This document shows positions 37,437 to 46,622 of a stretch of DNA of 64,000 nt, piece by piece. The position numbers and the translations under genes were made by a program. How positions within the stretch are numbered: the first letter of the stretch is position 1; each line of letters starts with the position of its first letter. Source of the DNA: a virus; the IMG/VR virus record IMGVR_UViG_3300044673_000327, positions 1 to 64,000 of that record; one strand, given 5' to 3'. The notes under the pieces are model-generated. The model was not told the DNA's origin, ran no database searches, and worked only from the letters and a program-made list of their open reading frames with translations.

Positions 37437-37970
37437 TCACGATCCCCCCGAAAAAGTAAGACGATCCTTAACTAACTCCCATCGAATATTCTGACGGATC
37501 TTGGAACTGACGATCTCCTGTAACTGCTCGAACGAGGTATATCCTCCCTCGGGTTTGTTCTCGATTATCGCCCGAATACTCTGACGACCCAAACCGGGTA
37601 AGGATTTAGCGATCGCCTCGATCTGCTTGATCGTGATGGTATTGGGATCGATCTTCGGGGTTAGATCGGGCAACGGTTGACTCGGGGGTAAGGCGGGACG
37701 GCTCGGGGCGGGATCGATCGATTGACGTTCTTCCACGATCTCCGCGTCGATAACATCCCCCACCCCGATCCGAACGGTTAACTCCCCGCTAGTGGGGTAA
37801 GGACTCATCGCGGGAGGGACATCGGGAAGATCGGAAAACTCCCCGAGCGGTCTTCCCTCGATCAGCCCCGTGTGAGGATGACGGAAGTTGATATGACTGG
37901 AGTAGATAGCCAGTACCTCTACCGCCATCCCGTTCCAGTATTTGATAATTTGCCCCTGTCCCTCGCTCAT
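37437..37970 (-). CDS. helix-hairpin-helix domain protein
   Basis: IDPNT...SLPGLGRQSIRAII...YTSFEQL. Confidence 0.75.
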   Translation of the reverse strand: MSEGQGQIIKYWNGMAVEVLAIYSSHINFRHPHTGLIEGRPLGEFSDLPDVPPAMSPYPTSGELTVRIGVGDVIDAEIVEERQSIDPAPSRPALPPSQPLPDLTPKIDPNTITIKQIEAIAKSLPGLGRQSIRAIIENKPEGGYTSFEQLQEIVSSKIRQNIRWELVKDRLTFSGGS

Positions 37971-38007
37971 CGATCGCTCCCGTTAATAGATACACCCCGA
38001 TCTCGAT

Positions 38008-38655
38008 CTACGACCAAAGAATCCCCTCGTTACGCCGGGTGACTTCTGCCGGGTTGGGAACCCTCCGGATCTTACCCGCGATCCAGACGACGATCTCTAG
38101 ATCTCCCCCGGTCACGCTCACCGAGGACGCGGCGGAACTAGCCTCGGTCGCGTTGCCGTCGGTGGCGAATAGTTGATACGTCACGTCGCTACTGCCTACC
38201 GATACGGGGGTGACATTCCATACCCCGTTCGTCAGGGTCGTGGAAAACGGAATATTCGCGAGGACATTAGAGGAAGCGGCGGGGGACGAGAGAAATATCC
38301 CCGCGGTGTTGGTGGTTAACGTCGGGGCGAGCTTGAGTTTTCCCGCCGCCGTGGTGTGAGTGAGCGATCGGTTATTGCGGGCTTTATTCGCGCTATCGGG
38401 AGCGTCATCGAAATAGAAACCGAGAGAGGTGATCAGGGTATTGGCGGGAACGATTAGAGCGCGGTTAGCCTCGACCCGTCCCTGACTATCGAATCGGTGG
38501 ATGTTAAAGGTAGCGGTAGCGGCGGAAGTGATCCGACAACGACCGCACCACTCGAAATACTCGAACCCATCGAATCCCCTGACGACGGGATTACGGATAG
38601 ACGCGTCCATCGCGCCCGTATCCGAGGGATTAATAGATAAACCAAATGCTCCCAT
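38008..38655 (-). CDS. capsid decoration-like structural protein
   Basis: Ala/Thr/Ser-rich beta protein downstream of the capsid gene. Confidence 0.6.
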   Translation of the reverse strand: MGAFGLSINPSDTGAMDASIRNPVVRGFDGFEYFEWCGRCRITSAATATFNIHRFDSQGRVEANRALIVPANTLITSLGFYFDDAPDSANKARNNRSLTHTTAAGKLKLAPTLTTNTAGIFLSSPAASSNVLANIPFSTTLTNGVWNVTPVSVGSSDVTYQLFATDGNATEASSAASSVSVTGGDLEIVVWIAGKIRRVPNPAEVTRRNEGILWS

Positions 38656-38837
38656 AGCTTTTGTCCGGTGGTAGAAAAGATAATCGATTGACTACCTACC
38701 ATCATACCCCACCGATCGCCGAAGGTTCACGGGAAAAGAGAGAGTAGAGAAACAGAACTCTCTACCCTCTCTACGATCTATTCAATAATTTAAATTAACC
38801 TCTCCTCTCCTCTCTTTCCTTCCTCCCTAATCGATGT

Positions 38838-39320
38838 TTAGAGTAAACCCTGTTTCTTGAGGGCGAGTTGACGCATCAGTTCGGGATCGAGGGAACGCTC
38901 GGGATTCTCTACCCGGTTTAGATAGGACTCCAGAAAAGCCAGTTTGGTATCGAGGGGATCGACGGGGGTGGATTCGACGACAACGGGATTAGAGTTGGAT
39001 TTCCAATCCTCGTCGGGAAAATAATTAATCGCCATCTCCTCGCGGGGAATAGCCACGGCACGGGAGACGGTTCTCTCTTCGGTAGGGGCTACCATCACCG
39101 CTCGGGTGGTTCCCGATACGGTGCTAGGATTAACGATCCCCTTCTCGATGAGGCGTTGCCGACGGGGGTAATAATCGGCGGGCAGGGGTTTGGCGGGGAT
39201 ATAACCCCCGTCCATACGTTTATTGACGATGAGAGCGTCGTCGGTACGGGCGACGGCTCCCGTAGCGAGAAGTTCGTCTAGGGTCTGGGGACGGAAGCGG
39301 ACATTCGGGAAGAAGGACAT
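38838..39320 (-). CDS. hypothetical late protein
   Basis: Motif C at 39348-39365. Confidence 0.65.
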   Translation of the reverse strand: MSFFPNVRFRPQTLDELLATGAVARTDDALIVNKRMDGGYIPAKPLPADYYPRRQRLIEKGIVNPSTVSGTTRAVMVAPTEERTVSRAVAIPREEMAINYFPDEDWKSNSNPVVVESTPVDPLDTKLAFLESYLNRVENPERSLDPELMRQLALKKQGLL

Positions 39321-39394
39321 GGGATTACTCGGGAGTGTTATCGATAACCCCGAGTAGTTTTCCTATGTCTTTTCGATTCCCTCTAGATCTTTTC

Positions 39395-39538
39395 CTACGC
39401 TTTCGGAACCGCCACGTTAAAACGGGGAACCGTAGCGGCGGACGGGGGAGGCGATACCGTATCGAGTACCTGACGGGGGATCAGGGGATTGGTGAAGTTC
39501 TGGGCTTCTACCTTGAGTTTTAGATCTTTGGCTTTCAT
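39395..39538 (-). CDS. 47-aa hypothetical protein (not in the ORF track)
   Basis: MKAKDLKLKVEAQNF...; preceded by the TTCGCGAATAATC leader also seen before the fibre and lysin genes. Confidence 0.4.
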   Translation of the reverse strand: MKAKDLKLKVEAQNFTNPLIPRQVLDTVSPPPSAATVPRFNVAVPKA

Positions 39539-39677
39539 GGGGGTTATCGGTGGGGTGGAAAGATTATTCGCGAATGAAGGAGAGGAGAGGAAGGAAAGAG
39601 TTTTTCTTTCTTTATTAGGGGTGGGGTTTAAGATCTAGGGTGTAGCTCTTGCCTCTCCCGTGTGTTGGAGAGATAGG

Positions 39678-39705
39678 GGATAGCTACGCTATAGAGAGAG
39701 TGAAT
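39678..39705 (+). promoter_or_regulatory. motif B (copy 6)
   Basis: GGATAGCTACGCT-N10-TGAAT before the lone + gene at 39732. Confidence 0.75.
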
Positions 39706-39731
39706 CGGTATTTAGTTTTCCTAGAGGTAAT

Positions 39732-39947
39732 ATGAACGAGAACAAGCGGGGATTCACGGTAGAGGAATACGATCGCCTCGGTCAGGAGTTTATCGATTCC
39801 CTGAACGATACCCAGAAACGGCAGTTGTTCGAGATGTTGGCTCACGATAACGCGATGGAACGGATAGCGGGTTATACTCCCTGTTTCAATCACCTATTCC
39901 GTACCCTCAAGGATGAGGGAGTGGAGCCGTTACATCAACATTGGTAG
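39732..39947 (+). CDS. hypothetical protein (moron)
   Basis: GAGG RBS; motif B upstream. Confidence 0.65.
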   Translation: MNENKRGFTVEEYDRLGQEFIDSLNDTQKRQLFEMLAHDNAMERIAGYTPCFNHLFRTLKDEGVEPLHQHW

Positions 39948-39948
39948 A

Positions 39949-41277
39949 CTAGAACCCGAGTAGTTCCTGTAACTCCTTACTCCCCTGTTCGTCTAACTTG
40001 AGTCGGGAGAAGTCTACCCCGTTCCCATCACTTTCGGCGAGGAGTTCATCGAGACTCTTTTTCCCGAATCGTTTATTGAATTTGTCGCGTTCTTTCTGTC
40101 GCTTTTGTTGGATACGGTAATCGTAGGAGTTCGGGGTAATAGAGCGGTGAATTCTAGCGGCTCTCGGATCATCGTATCGGGCTTGTAGTTTCAATCGCTC
40201 CACGTCTCCCTCTCTCCACGTATCTAAAACCTCGAACCATGTATCGGGAGGGTAGATCGATTCCGATTCGGCATCGTTAAACGTCGTATTAGGATAACGG
40301 GTCGAGGTATCGTAATCGATGACGACCGGGTACTCCCCGTTCCGTTTCGAGAAAAAGTCTACCCGACCCGGATCGGTCGTCACCGAATGAAAAGCGGGAT
40401 CTTGCCAGTAAGAAGTATTCTCGTCGGTATAGCCACCAAAGAGTACATCATCGAGAAACTTCTGGCGATCGCCCTCGGTAGAGAAGTGCATCCCCCGTTG
40501 AATTCGAGAGCCATCGAGATCCGCCGATACCTCTTCGGGTAATTGACGAAGAGTTTTATCGATAGAGAGAATGTCTTTCTTTACGGTAGGCTCGATCTTC
40601 TCGTTAACTTGATTTAGCAAGTTAGCTCGTTGTACCGATCGTTTCTGTAATTCGGGATAGTAAGAATCAAGGTTGTCAATTAGATCTTTTACCTGTTCTC
40701 GATAAACGGGTAGATCCGAGTATCTAACACTCTCGGGAATATCGACTATTCCCATCTCTTTTAAACGTGGATAACTATTTAACGAATCGATAGGTACACT
40801 CGGATCGACTTTATCCCATAACTTTTCTTCTAACATTCTCGCCATCGGAATAGCGGACTCATCTCCTCCTACAGCCTCTTTATAAACGTCGGCGAGTTGT
40901 TGTTTGTCTCGGGTATTGTCAACGGGGCTAAAGTTTAACTCATCTAAAAAAGAGTTTAAAAATCTTCCGACCTTATCTTTAGAACGTTCGTCTACAACGT
41001 TATCGAATTCTTTGTATATAGATTTTAATTCGGGGATTTCGTTCTCGAAGGATTGTCTCGATACCGCTGTATCCGCCGCTTTCTCTTTTCCGAACCGGAG
41101 GTAGTCGTTATAAACCTTATATTCATAATCCCCCGCGTATTTCTGCAACTCGATACGGATCTGTTCTTCGGTTAGAGGTTTAGCGAAACGTACCGATCGC
41201 CCCTCTTGATACACGTTCTGGGGTTTACCGAGATCGGCTTGACGGGCTTCTTTAATTAATCTGGCGAATACACTCAT
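39949..41277 (-). CDS. protein with a C-terminal ADP-ribosyltransferase (R-S-E) domain
   Basis: IQRGM, FHSVTTD, ESESIYPPDTWFEV. Confidence 0.7.
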   Translation of the reverse strand: MSVFARLIKEARQADLGKPQNVYQEGRSVRFAKPLTEEQIRIELQKYAGDYEYKVYNDYLRFGKEKAADTAVSRQSFENEIPELKSIYKEFDNVVDERSKDKVGRFLNSFLDELNFSPVDNTRDKQQLADVYKEAVGGDESAIPMARMLEEKLWDKVDPSVPIDSLNSYPRLKEMGIVDIPESVRYSDLPVYREQVKDLIDNLDSYYPELQKRSVQRANLLNQVNEKIEPTVKKDILSIDKTLRQLPEEVSADLDGSRIQRGMHFSTEGDRQKFLDDVLFGGYTDENTSYWQDPAFHSVTTDPGRVDFFSKRNGEYPVVIDYDTSTRYPNTTFNDAESESIYPPDTWFEVLDTWREGDVERLKLQARYDDPRAARIHRSITPNSYDYRIQQKRQKERDKFNKRFGKKSLDELLAESDGNGVDFSRLKLDEQGSKELQELLGF

Positions 41278-41321
41278 CGGGGTAGAGGGAGAACAAGACC
41301 CCGAGTAGTATTCCTAGATCG

Positions 41322-42167
41322 CTAGAATATCGAACGTATCGGTAGTATCTTGGCTATCCGATTCTTATTGTCGAGAGGAAGATATTCTTTGGAATAAAGA
41401 TTTCTCTGTACCTCGGGCATAAAACCACCGGAAACCTTTCGTTCCCGATCGCCCATCTCGTCCCATTTCAAAACCGTACCCGATCTTTTAGCGTTTTCTA
41501 TCTCTTCATCCGTGGGTTTCGACTTAAGTTGCACCGATTCGATCGTGTAGAAAGGATTTCGTTCATCTCCCCAATATTGGAATTCTACGAATGGAGAGGT
41601 CACGCGGTTTTTCTCCATCCCCCGCCCGGTATGAAATCTATCCCAGAGATCTCGAACGTTCTCGGGATCGGCGGAAACCAAAGGAACTTTCCCCCAATCG
41701 CGGATCGAATCCCCGATCGAAAGAGTGCTTTTTTCTAGAATAGCGGGGTTCATTTTAATAACCGATGTCTCTACTAACTCGCCCCCGATCGAACCGTTAT
41801 TGCCGATAATATCGGGTCTAGCGTAGGGTTGGTTATTTTTTTCGGGGGCGATAAACCCGTAAATCGGGGAAACGTCGGGGTTCGCCCACTCGGGTCGCCA
41901 GTAATCGTAGTACACGAATTTTCTAGTATTCATCGCCCCTTTTCGCTCTCCCGCCCCCGGTCGATAGCCCTCTTTTAAGATCGAGCTAACGTGTTGACGG
42001 GGAGCTATGATATAGGGAACCAACGCGCCGCTCTCTCCCGATAAAAAGCGATCGAGTAGAGCGAGACGTTTATTATAATTCCCCGAAGAGATCTCGTCAT
42101 AACTCCCTAAAGGATAACGAGCATCATAATCCTGTTGACGGTAAAGATCGGCGAGATTGGAAGACAT
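41322..42167 (-). CDS. DUF3626-like (possible ART-fold) protein
   Basis: SILKEG, PIYG, TLSIGDS, FVEFQYWG. Confidence 0.5.
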   Translation of the reverse strand: MSSNLADLYRQQDYDARYPLGSYDEISSGNYNKRLALLDRFLSGESGALVPYIIAPRQHVSSILKEGYRPGAGERKGAMNTRKFVYYDYWRPEWANPDVSPIYGFIAPEKNNQPYARPDIIGNNGSIGGELVETSVIKMNPAILEKSTLSIGDSIRDWGKVPLVSADPENVRDLWDRFHTGRGMEKNRVTSPFVEFQYWGDERNPFYTIESVQLKSKPTDEEIENAKRSGTVLKWDEMGDRERKVSGGFMPEVQRNLYSKEYLPLDNKNRIAKILPIRSIF

Positions 42168-42301
42168 GACGGGGCATGGAAAACAAGACCCCGATTAGTA
42201 TTCCTAACCGAAAGAAATCGGTACGATCGCCCGAAGGAAATGTACCGATAATTTACTTGAGGTTATGTCCCTAGTCTTGAAACTCGAATCGGGTCAACGA
42301 T

Positions 42302-42349
42302 CTAGTTCTGGAACGAACGAACGATCGTGCAGAAACGTTCATCGACAAG
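42302..42349 (-). pseudogene. displaced original 3' end of the major capsid gene
   Basis: Reads LVDERFCTIVRSFQN-stop, versus LIDERFCTIVRSFQN-stop at 43440-43487. Confidence 0.9.
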
Positions 42350-43297
42350 TTACCCGTCTTTATTAGTATTCCTGTGTTTGCCCGTGGCGATTAAACCGAC
42401 CGTCGCTCTAGACACCCCGTAAAGTTTGGCGATCGCCCCCTGTGTCATCGCTCGGGCTTCCCATATCTTGCGAATTTCTTCTACCTGTTCGTCTGTCAAC
42501 TTGCACCGAGGATTGTTCTCTCCCGCTAGTAACCCCTTTCGGACTTGTTTGTTTCGTTCGATAACTTTATCCGGGCGGGAAACTCCTTTCGCTCGAAGAA
42601 TTCTTTCTACAGTTCCGATCGATAATCCCACCACATCGGCTATTTCTCTACTAAAACAGCCATCTTGCCGCATCGAGATTATTGTTTCAGCGATCGCTTC
42701 ATTAGTTCTAACACCTGTATTGAAATGCTCTTTAACTTTCTTGTTCAGGATTCGCTCGAAATAGTCACGGCTATTATCCTGATGGGTTCCGATTTCGAGG
42801 TGGTCGGGATTAATGCAAAGTTTATTGTCGCATTTGTGACGTATTAGCTTTTCTTTAGGAACTGGTTCTTTAAAAACCTCGTAGCTTAATCTATGGGCTT
42901 GCCATATCTTGCCGTGATAACCGATGCTTCCATATCCCGCGCTGGTAACTCCACCAATCCAATTCCAACAATCGGTTTCACGATCGATTACTCGTTTCTG
43001 TTTTAGTCGAACTTGAATAGATTCTCCTCGGTGACGTGGGCGATCACCTAAAACTAAATGCTCTGGGTTAACACAATGATTATTTTTACAGGTATGGTTG
43101 ACGATCTTTCCCTCGGGAATAGATTCAAGTTCGTTATAAATGCAATACGAGAGACGATGAGCCATTACCGTTTTTCTGTTGATATGCGTCGTTCCAAACC
43201 CATCCCAATTGATAGCGGCTATCCAAAGCCAGCATCCATCGGGATCGGAACGCTTGTCGATCTTGGAATGAAACCGATCTACAATTTCCTGTTTCAT
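42350..43297 (-). CDS. free-standing double-HNH homing endonuclease
   Basis: Two CWxW...AHRLSY...HxCxN..CxNPxHL units plus a C-terminal KLT...HTH. Confidence 0.92.
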   Translation of the reverse strand: MKQEIVDRFHSKIDKRSDPDGCWLWIAAINWDGFGTTHINRKTVMAHRLSYCIYNELESIPEGKIVNHTCKNNHCVNPEHLVLGDRPRHRGESIQVRLKQKRVIDRETDCWNWIGGVTSAGYGSIGYHGKIWQAHRLSYEVFKEPVPKEKLIRHKCDNKLCINPDHLEIGTHQDNSRDYFERILNKKVKEHFNTGVRTNEAIAETIISMRQDGCFSREIADVVGLSIGTVERILRAKGVSRPDKVIERNKQVRKGLLAGENNPRCKLTDEQVEEIRKIWEARAMTQGAIAKLYGVSRATVGLIATGKHRNTNKDG

Positions 43298-43385
43298 AGA
43301 ATCATCTCATTGTCGTGTCTCTTTATTATGCCATGTATCGAGCGTAATCAGCAATCTATATGATTATGTAGCTTATAATAGAAAT

Positions 43386-43413
43386 AAGCCTCTTGGAATT
43401 ATCCAAAAGGCTT
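43386..43413 (-). terminator. hairpin terminator after the capsid gene
   Basis: AAGCCTCTTGGA...TCCAAAAGGCTT inverted repeat. Confidence 0.6.
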
Positions 43414-43439
43414 ACTGTGTCTAAAATCTAGTTGTTGTT

Positions 43440-44639
43440 CTAGTTTTGGAAAGAGCGTACAATTGTACAAAAACGTTCGTCAATTAGCTCGAACGACCCG
43501 AAGATCTGCCAAATGCAGATAATGAACCGTTGGAAGTCATCGTTGGAGTTCATGAGGATACGCGGGCCATCTCCACCGATACCGACCCCGATACACTGCG
43601 GGCCGAAAACGATCCCGAGTTCGGCGGTACGAGCGGCGGAACCACCGGTCACACCCGCGGGTTGGTTGGAGTAGTTCACCGTGACGGTAGCTTTAGGCAT
43701 ATTGGTCGTGGTGAAGTAGCGGATACCGTTGAACACGAAACCGGAGGGCATCGTTTGAGCGCCGAGCATATCGATCATCTGACCACCGGCGAGACCCGCG
43801 AACCAAGTCGAGCTAGACTGACCGACGGGCATACCACCACCACCGATCTGCGGGATAGACATCGGTTCGGCTCCGACTCCCATACTGGAGACGGGGATAT
43901 TACCGGGGTAGCGGGTGATCTCGCGGAAGTCTTTATCGGCGCGGAGATCTTGCAGGAAACGGGGGGAGCAGAGACACCAGTAGTTACCGTCCTCGAAACG
44001 GGGTACTAACCGTTCGGACATACGGGTGTTCACCTCTTCCATGAAGTTGACGGTGATCTTGGGAACCTTCGATCCGTAGACGGTGCTAGAACCGATGTCC
44101 ACGGTCGCGCCATCGGCGAAACCACCGGGGTTGTAGACGAAGGTGGATTTCAACATCTCGTTGATGTAAACCCGATCTTCCCAACGACGGTAATCGTCGA
44201 GGAGATTAGCCGAACCGATCGAATCGTGGAAAGCCTGAGCGCCGTAATCCCAATATTTCCGTTGCGCCGTCATCAATTGTTGGATAGGGATCTGGAACGT
44301 CGCGGGGGTGTTCGGGCTATCGATCGCCGACGGTCCGGTGTACTCCCGGAGGGTCATGATCACCTTGTCTTTGTCGAACCCGCGGGCGTTACCCACACCG
44401 ATCGTTTGGGTCTGACTACGTTCGCGAGCCGTTTTGGTTAGACTCTGCTCGCGGTTGGCGGAACTGAGTTCTTTATCCGCCCAGAACGCGGGACGATCGA
44501 GTTGCACCGAATCACCCGGGCCTTTGGTGTGGTCGTACATGACGCGGGGACGGGTGATCAGTTTAGAGATATAGGTCGGGACGGGGCGGAATAATTCAGC
44601 GCCGAGAATTAACGGAACATCATTATCGATAAAGCTCAC
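43440..44639 (-). CDS. major capsid protein
   Basis: 399 aa; follows portal and scaffold; biased codon usage; AGGAG RBS. Confidence 0.8.
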   Translation of the reverse strand: MSFIDNDVPLILGAELFRPVPTYISKLITRPRVMYDHTKGPGDSVQLDRPAFWADKELSSANREQSLTKTARERSQTQTIGVGNARGFDKDKVIMTLREYTGPSAIDSPNTPATFQIPIQQLMTAQRKYWDYGAQAFHDSIGSANLLDDYRRWEDRVYINEMLKSTFVYNPGGFADGATVDIGSSTVYGSKVPKITVNFMEEVNTRMSERLVPRFEDGNYWCLCSPRFLQDLRADKDFREITRYPGNIPVSSMGVGAEPMSIPQIGGGGMPVGQSSSTWFAGLAGGQMIDMLGAQTMPSGFVFNGIRYFTTTNMPKATVTVNYSNQPAGVTGGSAARTAELGIVFGPQCIGVGIGGDGPRILMNSNDDFQRFIICIWQIFGSFELIDERFCTIVRSFQN

Positions 44640-45140
44640 GGTTTTGACTCCTAGCTAGGAAGAATAGGTTGGAGTCAAGTGGTAGTTACCAATCCCTCAC
44701 CGTTGTTTTTTCCGAAAAGCGGTGGGGGATTTCCCTTTGAAAGACTTTGTAGAGAGGAGAGGAAGGAATGAAAGAGTAGATAAAGCGTTTTGGTAGAGAG
44801 TTGTTATCGGTAGTGGTTGTCGATCGCTCTATCGATTGAAAAGAGAAATTGAAAATTCATTCATTCCTTCCTTCCTCTTATCGAACGGAGTAGAGTATTC
44901 CTAGATACGATCGCTATCGAGAGATCTATCAAAAAGAAATCGATACGGATTCCCGAATAGAACCGTATCGATGAACCATCTATATGAACAAACCGTTTGG
45001 AAGAACCCGAGTGCTGTCGTGTTCGGAAATTAGTATTCCTCGATCGCCCGAGAAGGCAAAGAAAAGAACACGGGGTTTAATCCGTGTTCCACGCTCGCAC
45101 GACCACTTGGCAAAACCGATTGTCTATTCCCGTCCGATCG

Positions 45141-46622
45141 CTATCGGATCATCGCCCCTTTAGCGGTTCCGATCTTGCCCGCGCTCTCTAGGGCGGTGAG
45201 GGCGAGGTATCGTTTCGAGGGATCGATCGCCGATATGCCACCTCGGGGAACCGCGTTCGTCCCGTAGGGAGCGGCTTGACCCGAGGGTAATTCGGGACGG
45301 GTGACGTTGATAGAGTTCGTCGGGAGTTCGTTGCCGATACCCTCGGGGAAAACGGTACGGGGATCGATACCCTTGCGGGCGAGATGTTTGGCGTAGCTCG
45401 CCTTATCCGCGGGCGATAGGGCTTTCGGATCGATGCCGACGATCGAATTATTCGGGTTCGGGGGAGTGGCGGGAGGTAACGCCGCTCTCTCGGGTTGACC
45501 GCCCATCGGGATCGCTTGTTGCTGTCCCCGAACGGGTTGTTGCCCCCTCCGTTGCATCTCGATACCGTACTGCCGCTCGATGAGGGCTTTCTGTACCTCG
45601 GGTTGTTGTAATCGGGGGTCGTTAGGATCGATACCGTTCTCGGAGATCGCCGCGCCTAAAAGAGCGCCCATGAGTTGTTGTTGCTTCTCCACCTGAACGA
45701 GGTTAGCGAAATACTCGTTGAGTTGTTTCGGATCGGTGAGAAGATCTTGCATCTTATCGTGACGTTTCTCTAGTTGTTCGTACCGCTCGACGTGGAGAAC
45801 GAGATCCTTGAGGAATTCCTGATGCGAGATAAAGTATTTCACGTACTCGACGATCGCCGCCGCCTGACGTTGATTGAGATCTTCGAGCTTGGCGTGGGAC
45901 TCGTTGAGAAGTTCGGCGATCTGGGCGATCGGGAGGTTGAACGCTTTCTCCAGTTCGATCGCCGAAGCGAAACCCTCCGAGGAGATTTTACTTACGGGTT
46001 GACTTTGACTTTGACTTTGATTTAGGTTTTGAGCCTGTTCTTGAATTCCGTTGCTGTTTAAACTGGGTGTAGGTTGGGAAAAGCTGGGTTGCTGTTGTCG
46101 CGGATAGGTCGGGTGGTACTGGTGCGAGGGAGTCACGTAATCCGGGGCTAAACCGTTGGAGTTCGGGTAAGCTACCGGAACCGTCCCCGGTTGTCGATTG
46201 ACCAACATCTGAGCCTGGTACGGGTAATCCGGCGAGGTATTCTGGGCGGATCGAATTCCCTCCTGCATAAACCCCTGCACCTCCCGATAGCCCATCGGAC
46301 GGAGATCCCGCGCCTGTCCCCAAGGTTCCGAGTATTGTGGCGTTGGGATATATTCCTGTTGCCTGTAATGGGGTGTAATTGTAGGCGGGGTTGATACCGG
46401 GGTTTGTAGATACCCCGTATTTTGTACCGGTGAGGTATTCGAGTATTGCGGGATCTGATAGGTTTGTTGCGGCTGGTACGGAACCATTTGCGCCGTTTGC
46501 ACCGGTTGTAGGTTCAGCGTCTGGACTTGCTGAGGATAGTCCGGCGATATAGTCATCGTAGGCGCTGGAGCCGGTTGGGAAGGGGTTATCGGTTGGAGTT
46601 GCGGGTTCGATAGGTCTGACAT
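45141..46622 (-). CDS. scaffold-like protein (Gln/Pro-rich plus coiled coil)
   Basis: Lies between portal and capsid genes; start uncertain. Confidence 0.65.
   Translation of the reverse strand: MSDLSNPQLQPITPSQPAPAPTMTISPDYPQQVQTLNLQPVQTAQMVPYQPQQTYQIPQYSNTSPVQNTGYLQTPVSTPPTITPHYRQQEYIPTPQYSEPWGQARDLRPMGYREVQGFMQEGIRSAQNTSPDYPYQAQMLVNRQPGTVPVAYPNSNGLAPDYVTPSHQYHPTYPRQQQPSFSQPTPSLNSNGIQEQAQNLNQSQSQSQPVSKISSEGFASAIELEKAFNLPIAQIAELLNESHAKLEDLNQRQAAAIVEYVKYFISHQEFLKDLVLHVERYEQLEKRHDKMQDLLTDPKQLNEYFANLVQVEKQQQLMGALLGAAISENGIDPNDPRLQQPEVQKALIERQYGIEMQRRGQQPVRGQQQAIPMGGQPERAALPPATPPNPNNSIVGIDPKALSPADKASYAKHLARKGIDPRTVFPEGIGNELPTNSINVTRPELPSGQAAPYGTNAVPRGGISAIDPSKRYLALTALESAGKIGTAKGAMIR

Noticed and set aside
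42350-43439. Group I intron in the capsid gene
   Set aside because: The gene is already complete before the insert, no P7-like core is recognisable, and the HNH stop abuts the duplicated segment with no room for intron 3' structure.
42302-43487. Diversity-generating retroelement TR/VR pair
   Set aside because: The differences are almost all synonymous third-position changes rather than adenine-specific, and no reverse transcriptase is present in the window.
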